NCBI GenBank assembly: GCA_028534125.1
Contig: CM052818.1
Span: forward strand, 30,940,001 to 31,000,000
Length of the DNA: 60,000 bases
DNA from: Lama glama
Taxonomy: Eukaryota
Direction: 5' to 3'
Both the position numbers and the translations under genes were made by a program. The first letter of the stretch is position 1, and every line of letters begins with the position of its first letter. Under the pieces are notes generated by a model. It saw only the letters and a program-made list of their open reading frames with translations, had not been told where the DNA came from and made no database searches. Below are positions 49,917 through 60,000 of the stretch, one piece after another.

Positions 49917-50889
49917 AGTATAGGAGCGGTTTTAAGCATCACTCTGGCACTTCCCATAGCTCTCACAGTTCAGAATTAACCTGCACTGCAGAAAGGATCG
50001 GGCCACACGTAGGGCTTTAAGGGGTGGCCAAGAATGGTTGGTGATGAGCATGTCATTTGGGAAGCAATGAATGTGCTTCGTGAGGCAAGAGGGATGCCCC
50101 AGTGGATCTTGTTTGCATGAGCTAGGGCATTAGAATCCCTTCTTTATAGTTCATGCAAGGTCTGCAGACAAGCCTCGCAAGAGGCTGTAAAGATGGTGTG
50201 TATTTGGGACAAGCTCATAAGGATTTCTCCCAGTTTTTCGACCCTCTGCCATTATCACTTGCTGTGTCGCGTGCAGCACTGAGTTTGCCCTTAATTCAGC
50301 AAGGCAGGCGTCCCACCCCCACCCAGATTCAGCAGCCATGACGCCTGCTTTTGACATAAAAAGAGCCTTTTTCACTAAAAGCCAGCCAGCGGCCTCCATG
50401 GAGTCCTGGGAGATAAAGTCCTTTCACAGTTGTTCACGCTGGCCCCACACCTCCATATTCAGCAGCTGACCTAGTTTTGAGGGAGCTAGAGGATATCTGG
50501 ATGTCACCTTATTTACAGAGCGGATAGGAAATGAGTGAGCTCTGGGCCCGCACTGCACACCTATCTGGGGAGATCTAGCCCCCACCTCAGAGGCGCAGAA
50601 GAGAGGAACAAATTCTCCCCAGCCAAGAGCTTGAGGTGTCTTGCTAATGTCACCTTTAGGGAATGAATGACAGGGCTTAGTGAGGGACATGACTCTGAAA
50701 CTCTCTTTCTAGCCAGAAAATCCAGTTTAGTGCCTTTTGACCTGTGGATTAGGGGAGGTGTTTCCAGGATCGCCTCAGCAGAAAGAATATGATAGGGCTC
50801 CAGGTGGGTGCTGCCTCCCCCGCCATCTCAGGCAGGCACTGACTTTGAAAGCCTCACTCCACTAACGACCCTCTGCCCTTGCAGGTCCT

Positions 50890-51110
50890 GGTAAAGGATG
50901 TGATGGAGCCTACCTGCCTAGGCTTAATCCCCACACCTACGCTTACTAGTTGTGTGACCTTGGCCAGGTCCCTTTAGTCCTCGAACCTCAGTTTTGCCTT
51001 CAGTAAAATGCGGTTCGTAATAGCACTTGCTGCAGGTTTGTTCTGAGTATTCAATGAGTCGTTTTTTTTAGGATGGAGCCTGGCACACAAGAAGTGCTAC
51101 AAAACTACTG
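50890..51110 (+). mobile_element. MIR SINE
   Basis: cttactagttgtgtgaccttggccagg...cctcagttttgccttcagtaaaatg...gagcctggcacacaagaagtgct. Confidence 0.85.
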
Positions 51111-54100
51111 GTTGTGGTTGCTGCTGGACTGCTGTGTCCAGTGTGCAAATTGGTGACCTATTCAAGTTGGTCCTTTTCCCTGACTTCCCACAGCCATGTC
51201 CATCTTGCGTTCTCCAAGGTCACCTTTGCCTGAGAAGAACCTAGAGGGAGATTTGGGGGTGCTGCAAACCTTGCTGAATACATCCCTGTGAGGATTCCCT
51301 GTGAGGATTGCTGTAGGACCGGCCATCTAGCCCTGGGAAGCCAAGTCTCAGCAGGCACAGAAAAGACCCTCTGGGTCTGAAGAGTCTGGAGGAGGAGAGG
51401 GGCCAGCGGGGAGCGCTGACACCCAGGCTCCTTGGCCATATGGGAGTCTTGGGGGCTCGAGCAGGTTCAGGCTTCTGACCTCATCCTTGAGATCACCAGG
51501 TCTTCCCCCGAGAATCACCTAGCACAGCTTCTGTGCCTGCCTCAGGCCTGCCCTCCACCCACGTGAAAAGGGAGTTAGCACAGAGGCCACACAGAGCTCA
51601 ATTCTAGCCTTCCAAGCTGGCAATAGATAATCTTACGTATTACATTTTTTACAAGTAGTGTTCTGGTTGTGTCATTCTCATGGCCCTGTGCTCAAACACA
51701 AATCTGAGATGGAGCCTTTGGAGGGAAGAGCCCTCCCTCTGGATGTTCGAGTCCCAGGAAACACCAGCACTGATAATGACCTATTGCTTTCGTCACAGTG
51801 GGTCAGCAAGGAGGTGCATCCACTCACCGACTCACCTGAGGATGTAGTCAGAGTCCACATTTCTGCCACAGGGAAGGAAGAAGCTGACCGTAAACTCGCT
51901 GACTGTAAATTGTAAAATTGTACATTTTCTATTAGCATTCAGTCCCCAAAAGGAATAATAGTAACCACAGCAATGTTGACAATAATGTGTTACATATGCA
52001 TGATGTTTGACCAAGCAATTTTTCCTGTCTTATCTCAGTCCTGAGGCTTAATCCGGGCCTGTAAAGTTGTGTGGGGTAAAGATTAGTATGATGCGCTGGA
52101 TGGCAGAAGAAACCGACCACCAGAGATTGAAAGGATATGCAGAGCAGAGCCGGGCTCGGGGCCGGCTTTCCCGACCCCCATTCTCTTAAGGCATTGATGG
52201 GACGGTCGAGAGGAATTACAGAATCATCTGTGGTGTGTGAATCCCCTTCTCTGCCCATCTCCATCTTCCCACACACCAACACTCTTTGTGGCTGCATTTC
52301 TGTTCAGGTGAAATTGGCTTGAAATGTGCAAGGGCCCCCTTGAAGGAGAAGAGACATCACAAAAGTCGATGAACACTTTTCCCTTCGTTTCTTTCTTCCC
52401 GCCTTTATCTTTCTTTACCCTCTTCCTTTTATTCCGCCACTGTCCCCAGGTCACCACTGGGTTGGCCTGCATGCTAAATTCACCCCATGGGCATATTTTG
52501 TTTCACCCAAAGGGGAAGTTTAAGGCAGTGTCACTAGGTAGATGTTGTGCGGTGCCTGCCAGGTCTTTACTCACATTTCTGTTCTCGGTGACTCTGAAGG
52601 CATGTTCATTTGTGACCCCTGCTTCACACCTTGGTTCAGTTCAGCCCCTTGAAAATCGCTTGTCACCACAGCTGTTCCATGAGGCTAATGAGATTTCTGA
52701 TGATGTCTTCAGATATTTCTCAGCCTTGTACAGGTGAAGAGAGAGACCTCTTCTGTCACTGGGAAGTCCATACCTTGTTTTTCGTGGGGCTTTCTTTACC
52801 TTCTAGAAGTGGCCTCTAGTGAGTGAGGCTCTGACCACGAGGCCCCATCTCTGTCCTGCTGGAGGCTGCTTGGACCAAGCTGTTGGGCCACCCCAGGAGG
52901 AGCTGGCCTCCTCATCTCCTGCACCCCTGCCCTGGGAGACGGCTGCAGCCTGACCCTGGCAGACCTGCCCTCAGTTTGATGAGGTGACTCTGCCCAAGAC
53001 AACTCAGCCATCTATACCAGAGACAATGTGTTTCAGGATCTGGTTCTGTCCAGCCCACTTCCAGTCCTCTCTCCCTGGGTCCAGGCCCTGTCCTTGGTCT
53101 CTCTTGAGCACTGGCTCAGGCTCTTAGTGTGTGCTGTCCTCCAGCATCGGCCTCCTGGTGACAGGCACAACCACCCTCCTTGTGCCACCGTGTAGTCCAC
53201 CAAGTCCTCTTGCTCCTGAGCCCCATGTGCTTACTCTCCCTGCCCCCCACCGCCCACATCTTGCTCTGTGGCTCCAGAGCTAGAAGGAACAGAGGCTCCT
53301 CGTGTTCCCATGATTAGTTTCCTGCTCAAGTCTTTCAACACAAAGAGGATGCAGAAATCAATTGTGGAGGTGGGGGCTGGCTCTCTCTCCACCCTCATGC
53401 CCACCAGCAACTGGGAGGTGTTCTTCAAGCAAACAACAAGCCATGAAGGAGCTCTGGGTTTGGTCTTTGGTGGTGGACTGTAGAGGGGGTTGGGTAGGAA
53501 GGGAGCAGACATGTAGCATGAGAGCTCTCTCACCCCGGCACGTGCAGGGGGACCAGACCTGCTTCCCCAGTCATGCCGATTTATACTTCCCTGGCACCTC
53601 CCTCTCAGGCTAATTAGTAAGCAAATTAATCTCCATATAAGGCTCAAATTGCATGGGATTCTTTTCTATTTTCTATTCCAGAAACAAAAGCTGGGCTTCT
53701 GTCCATTCAGTTAATCACATTATATTTCACAGTTGGAGTTTTCAGGCAATTATAATAATTATCAGAAATTCTCTTCTTCCAGGAAGCTCGAAGCATCCCC
53801 CAAAGCTGTATTTTGCACATGGTAGGCAACTGGGAAATAGGTGATGAGTATGTTTATTGGGGCAGCGGCAGGGAGGAGAGAGCTGGGGCAGGGGTGGCTC
53901 TTGTCACAGACTAAACGAGACTAAAGCTAGTAATAGAGAGGGTCTAGGTGTGGCGTCCAGGCTGTCAGACCTATCTTCTAGGCACCTGGCTCTTGAGGGA
54001 GTGGGGGTGAGAAGGAAAGTGGGGGAGAGAGACGGAAGGAGGTAGAAGAGAAGAATAAACTCATCCCCGCTGAATTACCTGCTACCTCATTTGGTCTGAG

Positions 54101-54844
54101 AAATAGCCCTTTCCTCCTCTATTATATGTCCATTCCATCTATCAAATTCTTTTAAGAGTGACTTTCATATAATTAATACTAACCATTAAACTACAACATT
54201 GAAGGAGCAATTGCCTAATTCTGAGGAAAATTTAAATTTATTACCAGCACCCGAGATAAAATGAATACTAAAGAGAAGGAGAGAAAACCGTGCGGAAGAT
54301 AAATAGAAAGCCAAGTGGGATATTGACTTGATCCTTCTCCAGTGCAGGGTAATTTGGCTTCTAAAGTGAGTTAGATCATAATAAATTAAATTTAGATTTC
54401 TGCACATCAGTTAAATAACTCCCAAGACAGAATTCCAGTGAGAGGAAGAGGTGATAATACATGGTGGAAATATTAAAATGGAGATCTTATCTAATAACCC
54501 ATAATTGATGTGCTTGTCCCTGGATGAGGGAAGAGGATTTTGCAGCTCTTTCCTTTGTCGTGAGCCCAGTTGGGTGAGTGAAGCGCTGGCGTTCCCCTCC
54601 CTTGCTGTTTGAGTTGGTCCTGCTCGCTGCGGGGAGTCTGTTACCAAGAGTCACTCCTCTCCCAGACCACTAGGCGGGACTTGCATAGCAGTGTTAGTGT
54701 GATGAGGGGCTATGCTGTCCTCTTCCCTCTCTTGACTGGCCCTTGGATAAAAAAGTCATTTCCCATCTGAGTGGACCGTAGTGCAAGTACAGATACAAGT
54801 ACGAGGCACAAGGGTGAGCAAATCCTTGTACATCTTCCTGTAAC

Positions 54845-54863
54845 TGTCCAGCAGGGGGAGCCA
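54845..54863 (+). promoter_or_regulatory. Candidate CTCF site
   Basis: tgtCCAGCAGGGGGAGCca, a close match to the CTCF core; motif evidence only. Confidence 0.4.
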
Positions 54864-54894
54864 AGTGGTCCTGTTGATGGGGAAGGAACACAAG

Positions 54895-55090
54895 CTTGGA
54901 GGTCTGGAGTCCTGGGTTAGAGTCTCAGTCGTGAACTCACTACCTATGTGGTCTTGAGCAAGCTCCTTTCCTTTCTCGAGCCTCAGTTTCCCATCTGAAG
55001 AATGGGAGCAACCTACCTGGGCTGCCGGCTGCCTAGGGGTAATATAAATGAGATGTCCCACTGAAAATGCTTTGAAGATTGTAAACATTT
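54895..55090 (+). mobile_element. MIR SINE
   Basis: tctggagtcctgggtt...tgtggtcttgagcaagctc...gagcctcagtttcccatctg. Confidence 0.8.
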
Positions 55091-55099
55091 CAGTTTGGC

Positions 55100-55800
55100 C
55101 TATTTGATTTGACTTTTTATTGTGATTCTGCTTTTTTTGTTTCTAAAAATTGTGCTCAGTTCTTCTTTTGTTCTTTGCTCATTTTTTATTCCACATTTTA
55201 ACCTACATATGCTTAATTTTGTATCTGTCATTCCTGTGTCTGAATTTCTCGGCAGATCAGCATATGTCGTTCATAGTTTCCACTGACTCTCCCTTATAGT
55301 GACTCGTTCCCTTGTGTGCCCGATCACTTTTTATTGCAATTTCATCTTTTGGCGAGCTATGTGGGAATCCTGAGGGTCTACCTGGAGATGCTTTCTGCCA
55401 GATGGGATTGATTGCCTCTGCTGGGAGCCAGGTTACAGCTAATCTGAGACCATTTAGTCTCCCTTCTTGGCCTTAATTCTGGAAGACTCAGATCAATTTC
55501 TCTACCTTTTAAGAATCAGGCTTTCCTTTCTCAATGACCTTTGCCCTCAGGGCAGCCTCACATGTTGTCTTTACTCATCTTTCAACTACCCCAGCTCTGG
55601 CTTCAGCACCCTGTATTCTTCCCTGGCCTTACCCCTTCTCTCATGGTGAAGATTTTCCTAATAGAAAGCCCAGCAATGCATTAAAAACCATTGGGATTTA
55701 TGCAGGATCTGGCTGTAGTTTTAGCATGAAAGTCCTCACAAGTATCTGGTCTGCCATGGTGCTGGAAACAGAAGCCCCCAGCGGAGGGGAGGCAGGAGCA
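55100..55800 (-). mobile_element. Old L1M 5'/ORF1-like relic
   Basis: T-rich tract with antisense L1ME-like motifs (tttccactgactctcccttatagtgactcgttcccttgtgtg, gcctctgctgggagcca); weak. Confidence 0.45.
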
Positions 55801-55803
55801 CTC

Positions 55804-56303
55804 NNNNNNNNNNNNNNNNNNNNNNNNNNNNNNNNNNNNNNNNNNNNNNNNNNNNNNNNNNNNNNNNNNNNNNNNNNNNNNNNNNNNNNNNNNNNNNNNN
55901 NNNNNNNNNNNNNNNNNNNNNNNNNNNNNNNNNNNNNNNNNNNNNNNNNNNNNNNNNNNNNNNNNNNNNNNNNNNNNNNNNNNNNNNNNNNNNNNNNNNN
56001 NNNNNNNNNNNNNNNNNNNNNNNNNNNNNNNNNNNNNNNNNNNNNNNNNNNNNNNNNNNNNNNNNNNNNNNNNNNNNNNNNNNNNNNNNNNNNNNNNNNN
56101 NNNNNNNNNNNNNNNNNNNNNNNNNNNNNNNNNNNNNNNNNNNNNNNNNNNNNNNNNNNNNNNNNNNNNNNNNNNNNNNNNNNNNNNNNNNNNNNNNNNN
56201 NNNNNNNNNNNNNNNNNNNNNNNNNNNNNNNNNNNNNNNNNNNNNNNNNNNNNNNNNNNNNNNNNNNNNNNNNNNNNNNNNNNNNNNNNNNNNNNNNNNN
56301 NNN
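55804..56303. other. Assembly gap (500 N)
   Basis: Exactly 500 N characters. Confidence 0.99.
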
Positions 56304-58786
56304 GTGGGGATTACATGTAAATATTGGGGACATTGGGATAGGTGCCCCCTCAAGCTGTTAGCTGTTTGTAGTGGGTGAGTCTGAGACGTTCACTTCAGGA
56401 TGAGGCGCGGTTCAGAGGAGGACGGACGCTTTATCAAGGGCTAGAGATCTTCTCATTTTAAAGTGAAAAGGAAGAGGATTGAGTCAGAGAGATCCAGTAG
56501 TAGCAAGCTGGGGAAGGAAGGGAGGGAGACAGAAACATTAGTGGAAAATAGAGGCAGCTTCAAACCCTAACAGAAGGCAGGGCTACACCCGTGATTCCTG
56601 AACCGAATGATCAGCTTGACATTAAAGTGAGAGAAAACAGTCCAGGGGAGGATGGAGGACTAGGGATTCAGGATTTCTCACATTAGGAAGCGTGGTGGGA
56701 GGAAAGAAATGAAGCAACTTAACAGATGTGCTTTTGAGCTTTGGTTTTCAGTGCCAAAGTATTTAAGCGTGGGTCTTAGCCAGGGGCTTAGCCAACTTAA
56801 TCAGATATTTTCTATTTAAAAGATCGTCTTTGTTTTTGTCTGTGGCATCATACTCATCTTTTGAAACACATCCAATCTAGACTGAATAAATTCTGGTCAG
56901 AAAGCCAAGCAGGGGCAGCTTGGCGGCCCCGTGGGAGTGGGCCCTTGGCGGGTCTCCTGGCTCTGTGTTCTCGTTTTGGAGAAGAGCCTCACTTCCCATG
57001 CTCGGAAGGTTTGTGAAGGTGAGAATGCACGTTCAGGTTTCCTGGATGCTCACACGAGCCAAGAAGCAACAAATCCAAAGCAGGAGTACAGTGTACTGTG
57101 CTCTGGGCCCTTAGAAGCTGCATGTGGGTACTGATGAATTGAAGAGCTTGGAAGCTAACTCCAAATTAAGACTGGAAGTCTCTGGTGAAGTCAGTGTCCC
57201 TTCAGAAACCCCGGAAGGACCGTGGTCACTCTGTTCTGGGGTCAGTCAGGGCTGCAGTGGCTGGCCCTTCCTGCAGGGACAACCCCCACTCCACTCCTCA
57301 GGGGGTTCTTTCTCTGGCCTCTCGCCCTCGGCAGAGAGGACATCCCTTATTCTGTCTGTGATAAATGGAACAATCCGATAACAGATGGTGGGAGGCTCTG
57401 GGGAGATTCAATGGGTGGTCCCTTCTCTTACTAGCTGTCCAGCATGGGCACTCCCTCTTCCCTCTTTAAGCAGATCCCGCTCTGTCCAAATGGGGGTTGT
57501 TGCAGATTCTGTGACAATACCTGCAAGCTGCTTTGTAAAACAGAAATTACTATTCAAATGGTAGTGTTATTTTAAACACAGCTTTACCATTGTCTAATAC
57601 ATCCAGATATCATTATCGGAACAGCAAGCTCCCAGTGCAGGGAGATCCGCCCAGTGGCACCAGCTCTGCACACGAGACCCTCTGAGGGAGCAGTCTCCTC
57701 CAAGGATGCCCTCCACTGAAGATTCAGACAGTTTCTCTTGCCAGCCTGGCTGCTGCTCTGGCTCGAGGCTCTCTGGAAGCTAGCTGAGTTCTTGTGGCAC
57801 CATCTCCATGGATGACAGGGGTGCTTAGCTTCTCTAAGGGTGGCGATTGCCAGGCCAAGCATACCATCCTGCCTGGTGCCCCTTTGGCCCTGAGCCCCGT
57901 CTGGTGTGAAGAGTAGGGGTTGGGATGAGGCCAAGAGGTTGGTTGTGTGCCCTCTCTCTTAGCTCTGATGCCTCTCCGTGGTGCCGGCCCCCCCCACTGC
58001 TTCTCCAGCTGATGGATGGAACCATCCCCCCGGGCCCCAGCAGGCTTCCCCTCCCACCCAGTTAAAGGACCGAGGTCACCTCCCTACTGGTCTCTTCACA
58101 AAGTTCTCTTCCTTCCACGTCCATCCTACTCAAGCAGCTGCAGACAGTCTCCCCTGACCTGCTTCCTACGGGACCAGCTGCATTCCAGGGTTTTCTTTCA
58201 TTCGTGCTCTCTTCGCAGTCCACACCCTGGCCTCCCCATCCCTGAGCCATTCGGCCTTTGATCCGGACCTTCACTGCACATGTGCTTTCTTCTGCATCTC
58301 TCCTTAAGCAGAGCAAAATCCCGGCTCACCTTTCAAGCCCTAACTCATTTGATGCTTCTTCTGGGAAGCTGTTCCCATTTTCCTTTCTCCTCTTTTGGAG
58401 GTGTCTTCATTCCCGTCTCTCTGCCTTCCATCTCCACATCTCCCCTCCTTAACCCACGGCACCGTGAGGGCTCACAACTTGTTTTGAGAATTGCAGTGAA
58501 TTCAACTGGGTGCCAGCCAGCAGAAGACAGTTCACGACCCTCTAACCCTTCCCAAAAGAATGGGATGTCAGAGTGGCCCCGAGGTCATGTTCCAGGCACA
58601 GGTGACAGCTGTCGGGCTGGGACATGGCACAGCCCAGGCTGCAGGTTTCCTACCCCCTCACATTCCCCCATGTAGCAACAGTATCACAGGACATTAATAA
58701 AATCAATTATTGGATAAAAATCACTGGTTTCCAATGCTTCATTTTGTGCTATTAGCAGGAGAATGCTGTTTCAAAAGGAGATAACA

Positions 58787-58811
58787 GAGAGAGAGAGAGA
58801 GAAAGGGAGAG
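58787..58811. repeat. (GA)n microsatellite
   Basis: agagagagagagagagaaagggagaga. Confidence 0.85.
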
Positions 58812-59834
58812 ATCAATTACCAGATAAGATCGCGTGGTGCCTGAGATGAATGTGCTCGCGGGCGAGCCGCCCCCCTTACCTGCCATCCGTGGGCTGAGCG
58901 CCTGCACTGCTGTCTGCAGTGCCTGCCCGGGGCCTTCCAAGTGCAGAGGAGCATCCTGGTCAACAATGGGTGGGTGGTACCCAGGCAGCTTCAGATACTT
59001 GCACGGCCACAAGTGTCAGTTACACATGAATGAACATCTCATTCTCGGTGATGATGCCAGCCCCAGGGCTGCAGCCTGCATGGTCCAGGTCAGAGCCTGG
59101 TCAATAGGTCCTTCCAGACACAATGTTCTTTTGGCTTTGATGAACCAGAAAGGTCTGAGCTTTGTTGATACAGACTGGCTCTCTCCTAGTGGGGGCAGTA
59201 CTAGCCTCCACTGGGCAGTGGCTGTCAAGGGAAGCACCCAGCATGCCGTGGCCCTAAAGCCCACCCACCTCCTGTTGTCCATACAAAGGGTCTCATTGGC
59301 TGCGGAGCTGGGGTGGGCGGAGTGGAGGAGGCAACTCGGGCTCTGGCCAGGAGCTATCCCCTCCCTGTATCAGTCCCCCTGCCTTGTATGTGTGCACTGG
59401 AGGGCCCAGGAGACTGAGCTCTGCTTTGAGCTCTGCCTCAGTCCACCTGGACGACCTCAGACAAGCCAGTAACCTTTCAGAAACCTCACCTTCCCTCCTC
59501 CCCATAGGGTCTTAGGGAGGACAAAACGAGATCGTGAATGCAGAAACTGCCTTCCACTTTCTAAAGTGCTGTCTCCTCGTGTGGTGAGGGTGATTGCTTG
59601 CTCCCCTGTGGATGCTTTTTAAAAATAATCAGATTCCTGGGATGGAGGAATAATGGAACACACAGGCATCCATCTGGTGGGTAGCACACCATTCTAGATG
59701 GATCGCTGACTTCCCATCGCTGCCTTCCTTAGGCAGAGGAGGGAGTGACCAACATTGTGTACCTACTATGTCTCAGCCACCAAGCCAGCACTTTTCACCA
59801 GGTGTTCTCGAATTACCCTGGAGAAGTGGCCTCT

Positions 59835-60000
59835 GGGGTTCATATTCTAGAATCTAAGTCCCAGCCCTGACGCTTCCTAATTGTGGGATCTTGAGCAAGG
59901 TACTTGGGCTACTGTGGCTGCTTCCTTATCTGTGTGGTGGGAGTATGACCAACATCCATCTCCTAAAACTGCTATGAGGATCACACGAGATGATGTGAGT
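59835..60000 (+). mobile_element. MIR SINE (runs off the window end)
   Basis: taagtcccagccctgacgcttcctaattgtgggatcttgagcaaggtactt...tgaggatcacacgagatgatg. Confidence 0.65.

Noticed and set aside
51284..51309. Short direct duplications (ccctgtgaggatt x2; similar at 7488-7512 and 44985-45011) as a possible array
   Set aside because: Only two adjacent copies with no spacers; ordinary slippage duplications, not CRISPR-like
52672..52734. Possible coding exon (LFHEANEISDDVFRYFSALYR)
   Set aside because: Weak pyrimidine tract and weak donor (gtgaag); no recognisable homology
55602..55618. REST/RE1 site (ttcagcacc)
   Set aside because: Only the left half-site is present; the GGACAG half is missing, and it lies in a probable L1 relic
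55534..56361. Long ORFs of 205-275 aa
   Set aside because: Artefacts of translating through the 500-N gap
58834..59472. 212-aa ORF
   Set aside because: GTG start, no domain similarity, ends in MIR-like sequence; consistent with a chance ORF

Overview
Mammalian non-coding genomic DNA, most likely from a camelid (camel, alpaca or llama): it carries two young tRNA-derived SINEs that match the camelid vic-1 type. I can support no cellular protein-coding exon, rRNA, tRNA gene or CRISPR array. The listed ORFs are chance ORFs, ORFs running through the N gap, or decayed retroelement fragments. The window is a mosaic of ancient eutherian repeats: many MIR and L2 copies, MLT1/MLT2 LTRs, an ERV-L LTR plus pro/pol relic, L1M fragments and hAT/Tigger MITEs. 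There are also a few younger TSD-flanked insertions (two SINEs, one L1 3' end, one unidentified poly(A)-tailed 274-bp insert) and a 500-N scaffold gap. Between the repeats lie several AT-rich blocks dense in homeodomain, forkhead and PBX-HOX motifs. They look like conserved non-coding enhancers in a large intron or gene desert of a developmental locus, but the host gene cannot be identified from this sequence. I found no convincing evidence of a novel biological system. Repeat family names come from recalled consensus motifs, and the boundaries of old repeats are approximate.
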